Of a stretch of 64,000 nt of DNA, positions 59,402 to 64,000 are shown in pieces. The DNA lies in the NCBI GenBank assembly GCA_963666925.2, contig CAXXTC010000001.1, positions 1 through 64,000 of the forward strand. The letters run 5' to 3'. Origin of the DNA: Phycisphaerae bacterium. GTDB taxonomy: Bacteria; Planctomycetota; Phycisphaerae; UBA1845; Fen-1342. Position 1 is the first letter of the stretch; every line of letters starts with the position of its first letter. Below the pieces are notes generated by a model, which was not told the DNA's origin, made no database searches, and worked only from the letters and a program-made list of their open reading frames with translations. A program made the position numbers and the translations under genes.

Positions 59402-60976
59402 GTGTCGCGTGAAGCTGATCAACCGCCGCCGAACGGGCCCGCGGCTCATCCGGGGATGGAGATCAGCAAACGCTTGTTGGCGGTTAACACCTTCAGCGCC
59501 GTCGCTACCCACGTTATACAGCTCAGCGTCCTGGTCTGGCTGCAACAGTACCTGCTGGCGCACGTGCCGCTGGATGAGTACAGCATCTATCCGCCGATCG
59601 TCGCGGTCATGATGTTCGTCCCGCTGCTGTCGGTGACGGTGACGAGCGGGCTGGAACGCTATACCGTGGCCGCCTATGCCAACGGCGACGATGTCCGCGT
59701 AACGCAGATCATCTCAACAATGTTCCCGCTGACGGCTGCGGTCGGGCTGGTCGTATTGATCGCTGGCGGCTGCTGCGCCTGGTGGGTTGACGCGTTGTTG
59801 CGTGTACCGGCCGGGTTAATCAACGACGCCCGGATAATGCTGGGCCTGCTCATGCTTCTCGCGAGCGTGCGCGTCATCCTGGCACCGCTCAGCCTGGGCT
59901 TCTATATCCGCCAGCGCTTCGTGCAGCTCAACGGTATTCAATTATCGGTGCAATTTCTACGGCTGGGTATTCTGCTGGCGCTGCTCTTCGGCGTAAGCGC
60001 GCGTGTCGTGTGGGTGGTGGTGGCGACGGTCAGCGCGGAAATCCTCGGTCTGCTGGTGACATGGTTGTGGTCGCGGCGGCTGGTGCCGGCGCTGCGCTTC
60101 ATCCCGGGACGCATCAACTGGTCCATCGGCCGGGAACTATTGAGCTTCAGCGGCTGGCGGTTCGTACAGCAGCTCGCCTGGGTGTTGCGGACCGGTGCCC
60201 CGACCATCATTCTCAATCGCCTGGCTTCGCCGCTGGACGTGACCTGCTTCTACCTGGGCTCGCTGCCGAACGCGCAGATCCAGCGTACAGCGGTTTTCAC
60301 GACGGCCTCGTGGCAGCCGGCGCTGACGGCGATGTACGCTAAGGGGCGGCGCGATTCACTGGCGCAGGCGTACATACAGGGCGGCCGCTATGCGCTCTGG
60401 AGCGTGCTGGCCATTTGCGTGCCGCTGCTCGTATTCCGCAACGAGGTGATCAAGTTGTGGGTCGGGTCGGAGTTTCAACAGGCCAGCGTGGTGATGGGCC
60501 TGCTCCTGCTGTCACTGCCCGTCACGTACGCCAACTACATGGTGGCCAAACTGGTGCTGGCCACCGGCACGCCACGCCCCCTGGCGCTACGCACACTCGC
60601 CATGCAATTGATAAACATAGCGGCGATGGTTTACGTCGTTCATTGGCGGTCGGCCGGTGCGGTGGGGGCGGCGTGGACGGTGCTGATCGTCAACCTGATG
60701 CTACAGCCGCTCTGGCTGTACGGCCTCGGCTGGCGCGTGGCGGGTATCGGGATACAACGCTGGTGGCGTGGCACATTCCGGCCCGGGGTAATACCGGCCC
60801 TTATTGGCGGAGCCGCGTGGTTTGGCCTGCACGTGCTGGTGATGCCGGATTCGTGGTTCGCGCTGATCGCGTGCAGCCTGGGTGGCGGGGCGGCTTATCT
60901 GCTGGGGCTGCTGCTGGCGCTCCAGCCCTATGAGCGTGACTTGGTCCGCAAGTTCACCCGGCGAGTTGGTCTGTAA
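59402..60976 (+). CDS. Wzx/MATE-type oligosaccharide flippase
   Basis: Many TM segments; ELLSFSGW, LWVG..F; adjacent to the sulfotransferase. Confidence 0.85.
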   Translation: MSREADQPPPNGPAAHPGMEISKRLLAVNTFSAVATHVIQLSVLVWLQQYLLAHVPLDEYSIYPPIVAVMMFVPLLSVTVTSGLERYTVAAYANGDDVRVTQIISTMFPLTAAVGLVVLIAGGCCAWWVDALLRVPAGLINDARIMLGLLMLLASVRVILAPLSLGFYIRQRFVQLNGIQLSVQFLRLGILLALLFGVSARVVWVVVATVSAEILGLLVTWLWSRRLVPALRFIPGRINWSIGRELLSFSGWRFVQQLAWVLRTGAPTIILNRLASPLDVTCFYLGSLPNAQIQRTAVFTTASWQPALTAMYAKGRRDSLAQAYIQGGRYALWSVLAICVPLLVFRNEVIKLWVGSEFQQASVVMGLLLLSLPVTYANYMVAKLVLATGTPRPLALRTLAMQLINIAAMVYVVHWRSAGAVGAAWTVLIVNLMLQPLWLYGLGWRVAGIGIQRWWRGTFRPGVIPALIGGAAWFGLHVLVMPDSWFALIACSLGGGAAYLLGLLLALQPYERDLVRKFTRRVGL

Positions 60977-61242
60977 GTGATTCGCCGCAGCCCAAGTGGG
61001 GCGGGGATCGCCTTCTGCGCGGTTGATTGATTGAGATTGCACACGCCGTATCATCAATATGCGTGTGTGTTTGGTTCGAATTAGGCGTTGGAGCGTGGAT
61101 CAGGTGAGTTATTGCGCTGGAACGCACAAAACCACTAGGCGATGTTTGCCTTGGGCTGATGAGGGTGCCTATACCTGATTAGTCAGGGGCGGTGTGTAGA
61201 TGGGCAGGGATGGACCGATAACTGTACGAAGGAGTTTCGCGA

Positions 61243-62310
61243 ATGCTACTTCAGTATCGCGTAATACAGAGGACGATTGTTCTCGCCTCGTTTCTGATTG
61301 CGGCGGCTGGTTTGGCGCGGGCGGAAGTGGAGTTTGCGTCGGCCGAGCTGTTGCAACTCGGAAGCGACGACATCGTCGTGCCGGGCTACTCCGTGCCCAC
61401 GATCATCGACTGGAACGCCGACGGTGTGGATGATCTGATTGTTGGTGCCGGCGGTGTGATGGATCCGGGAACGGTGGAGATTTTTCTGAATGCCGGCTCG
61501 AACCAGATGCCGCTCTACTTTGAGTGCGACTCTTTCTTTGCGCAGACGGCGACGGGCGATCTGACGGTTCCCGGTGGCGCATGTATGGGGGCTTTTCCGC
61601 GGCCGGTGTATTGGGACGGGGATGACTGCAAGGATCTGCTGATCGGTTTGCCGGACGGGCACGTGATGATCTTTCTGAACACGTGCACAGACTCGGCGCC
61701 GCTGTTTGACGCGGGTGCGTATGTTCAGGTGGGGCCGGCGGGATCGAAGACGGACCTGACCGTTTACGCCCGCGCCACTCCGGCGTTGACCGACTGGAAC
61801 AACGATGGGTTGTTGGACCTGGCCGTCGGCGGGATCGAGGGCAAGGTGTACCTGTTTATCAACACGGGCACGGTGGGCAATCCAGACTTCGTCAGCTCGA
61901 CTGTTGTTCAGGCCGCCGGAGCACCGCTGGTGGTTCCCAGCTATCGCTCCAGCCCGGCGGTGGCTGACCTCAATCATGATGGCCGCAAGGATCTGCTGCT
62001 GGGCAACTCGGACGGCCAATTGCTGTTCTATGCGAACGTCGGCACCGATGCGGAGCCGGAGTTTGACACTTGCGAGCCGGTGTATGCCGACGGTGAGGCG
62101 GTGGATCTGCCGGAGGACCCGCGCTCGCGACCCTATATCTACGATTGGGACGATGATGGTCGGCTGGACCTGCTGGTCGGTGCGGGTGATGGCCTGGTGC
62201 GCCTGTATGGCGGGTTGCCGATAGTGCCGGCGTCGCTTTCCGACACGAAGCGAGTCGCCCCCGGTGGAACAGCGAAGCTGGACTGGCGCGGCGTTTACAA
62301 GCTCCACTGA
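61243..62310 (+). CDS. Secreted FG-GAP/VCBS repeat protein
   Basis: Signal peptide; five (D)W(N/D)xDGxxDL(L/I)(V/I)G-type repeats. Confidence 0.88.
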   Translation: MLLQYRVIQRTIVLASFLIAAAGLARAEVEFASAELLQLGSDDIVVPGYSVPTIIDWNADGVDDLIVGAGGVMDPGTVEIFLNAGSNQMPLYFECDSFFAQTATGDLTVPGGACMGAFPRPVYWDGDDCKDLLIGLPDGHVMIFLNTCTDSAPLFDAGAYVQVGPAGSKTDLTVYARATPALTDWNNDGLLDLAVGGIEGKVYLFINTGTVGNPDFVSSTVVQAAGAPLVVPSYRSSPAVADLNHDGRKDLLLGNSDGQLLFYANVGTDAEPEFDTCEPVYADGEAVDLPEDPRSRPYIYDWDDDGRLDLLVGAGDGLVRLYGGLPIVPASLSDTKRVAPGGTAKLDWRGVYKLH

Positions 62311-63143
62311 CCGGTGAAGACCTCTTCAGCGGGTCCGGTCATGAAAACGTGATTGGAGTCGGCGTCCCAGCGTAGTTGCAATTCGCCGCCGGGAAGTTCG
62401 ATGGTCATTTCTCGACCAGTTTGGGCGGTGAGGACGGCGGCGACGCAGACGGCCGCAGCGCCGGTTCCGCAGGCCAGGGTGATGCCCGCACCTCGCTCCC
62501 AACTGATCATCCGGACGCGGCGCTGGTCGATGACTTGGGCGAAGTGGACGTTGACGCGATCGCGGAACATGGGGCGGTTTTCGATGGCTGGTCCCCAGGC
62601 GGCCAGGGGCACGCGGGCGATGTCGCGCTCAAAGAAGATGGCGTGCGGATTGCCCATGGATACGCAGGTCATGTGCAGCGTGGTGCCGGCCAGCAGCACC
62701 GGCTTGGCAATGACACGATCGCAGCCGAGCGTGACGGGGATGCGGTGTGCGTCGAGCACGGGTTCGCCCATGTCGACGCAGGCGGCCTGGACGCGATCGT
62801 GGTCGTCGAGCGTGAGTTCGATCGGGTGCAGTCCGCGGGGGCTTTCGACGATTAGCGGGTTGGCGCGGGCCAAGTTGCGTTCGTAGGCCAGCTTGGCGAC
62901 GCAGCGGATGCCGTTGCCGCACATTTCGGCAGTGCTGCCGTCGGGGTTGAAGATGATCATGCGGACGTGGGCGTGCGGGTCGTGTGGCGGGGCGACGAGG
63001 ATCAGCCCATCGCTGCCGACGCCGCGATGCCGATCGCTGATCAGCGGGGCGAGCTGGGCGGGGTTTTCGAGTGTTTGGTCGAAGAGGCTGACAAGCACGT
63101 AGTCATTGCCCAGCCCGTGCATTTTCGTGAAACGTAGCGACAT
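62295..63143 (-). CDS. dapF: Diaminopimelate epimerase
   Basis: FTKMHGLGNDY, EMCGNGIRC, SMGNPH, WERGAG.TLACGTG. Confidence 0.97.
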   Translation of the reverse strand: MSLRFTKMHGLGNDYVLVSLFDQTLENPAQLAPLISDRHRGVGSDGLILVAPPHDPHAHVRMIIFNPDGSTAEMCGNGIRCVAKLAYERNLARANPLIVESPRGLHPIELTLDDHDRVQAACVDMGEPVLDAHRIPVTLGCDRVIAKPVLLAGTTLHMTCVSMGNPHAIFFERDIARVPLAAWGPAIENRPMFRDRVNVHFAQVIDQRRVRMISWERGAGITLACGTGAAAVCVAAVLTAQTGREMTIELPGGELQLRWDADSNHVFMTGPAEEVFTGQWSL

Positions 63144-63571
63144 CAGGCTCTCCGGTCCGGCGGCGTAAGTGCGGGGGCATCATCGGCCAATCGCCGACCC
63201 GCCGCAATGTCCGGAACGTTGGCCGAGGGCCTGTCGCGTGAAACGGGCAAACAGCATTCAGATCGCCTGGACATACGGGTGGAAGTGGCCGATTGTCTCG
63301 TGGTACTGTCGGGGAAACCGCGTGAGCTTCTCGTCGTACCATTAACTGCGGTGCGATGTGGGCAGCAGGCGGACAATTTACGAACTTGGGCGTGTGCTGG
63401 CGCCGGTCATTCCCAGCTCGCGGCCCAGGAACGCCGGTCTGCGGCCTTGAGCGCCCGGTGCAAGTCGCCTTACAATTGTGACCGTGTGTCCCCCACGTCT
63501 GGACGCACGGGGGCCGCAGCGGTGCGGTCGCCTTGTGAATTTCATCATAGTCTCGTTCTCGAGGAACACGG

Positions 63572-63964
63572 ATGTCACCTGCCATCAAAAATATCTTGCT
63601 CCTGGTGGTGTTACTGGGAGTGCTCGGTGCCGCGGGTTGGTTCTTTGTTCGGGGTGACCCCGAAAAGGAATACCCGACGGAGGCGAGCAGCAACACTATG
63701 TGGAAATGCACCAAGTGCGGCTGGGAAGTTGAGCTTACCGCTGCGGAGGTGCAGGACTGGCTCAACAGCGACGACAAAGTCCGGAAAGATCGGTCGATGG
63801 GGCGCATCACCGTTTTCTGGTGTCCCCAGTGCCAGGAGTTCACCGTCGTCCGAGCTGAGAAGTGCTCGCGGCACAACATCTACTTCTGCACCAAGACGGT
63901 TGACGGCACGCGGCTGGATTGCCCGAAGTGCGTCGAGGAATTCGGCATGGGGCGCAGCAAGTAG
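63572..63964 (+). CDS. Membrane-anchored Cys-rich (probably Zn-binding) hypothetical protein
   Basis: GAGGA RBS; N-terminal TM; CTKC, CPQC, CSRH..C, CPKC. Confidence 0.75.
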   Translation: MSPAIKNILLLVVLLGVLGAAGWFFVRGDPEKEYPTEASSNTMWKCTKCGWEVELTAAEVQDWLNSDDKVRKDRSMGRITVFWCPQCQEFTVVRAEKCSRHNIYFCTKTVDGTRLDCPKCVEEFGMGRSK

Positions 63965-64000
63965 CCCGGATCCGCCGGGCGGCTCGTGTCGCGGGGGGCG

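Noticed and set aside
60996..61015. Possible extra family A REP
   Set aside because: Only the first 10 nt match and the hairpin is lost.

Overview
GC-rich bacterial chromosome segment. It is most likely from Planctomycetota, class Phycisphaerae, inferred from Cys-containing dockerin-like tails, GACC Cys-rich repeats, a CxxCGYDL..CPECG membrane protein and the REP families. Housekeeping genes (rnr split by a 1-nt frameshift, mnmE, metG, tyrS, pruA, pgi, gcvP, gcvH, rsmG, trmJ-like, trpE, ilvE, rlmN, dapF) are interspersed with signalling genes: a partial cheA-cheW-cheD-HDOD cluster, a CHASE2 adenylate cyclase and three tandem PilZ proteins. Five secreted peptidases of four families (trypsin-like, M4/M36-like, kexin-like S8, two M1) all end in the same dockerin-like module. 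I found no rRNA, tRNA, CRISPR array, transposase or prophage. The most notable unannotated signals are: (1) candidate sigma28-driven small RNAs with an anti-Shine-Dalgarno CCCCUCC seed just upstream of intrinsic terminators (35295-35366 and 3334-3507), plus a third structured RNA after the PilZ operon; (2) two tandem homologous 29-30 aa hydrophobic microproteins with their own promoters, RBSs and terminator (14278-14558); (3) the dockerin-tagged protease set, including a kexin with Glu in place of the catalytic Asp; and (4) a candidate CGxCG C-terminal sorting signal. All calls come from reading the sequence by eye; no database searches or folding programs were run.
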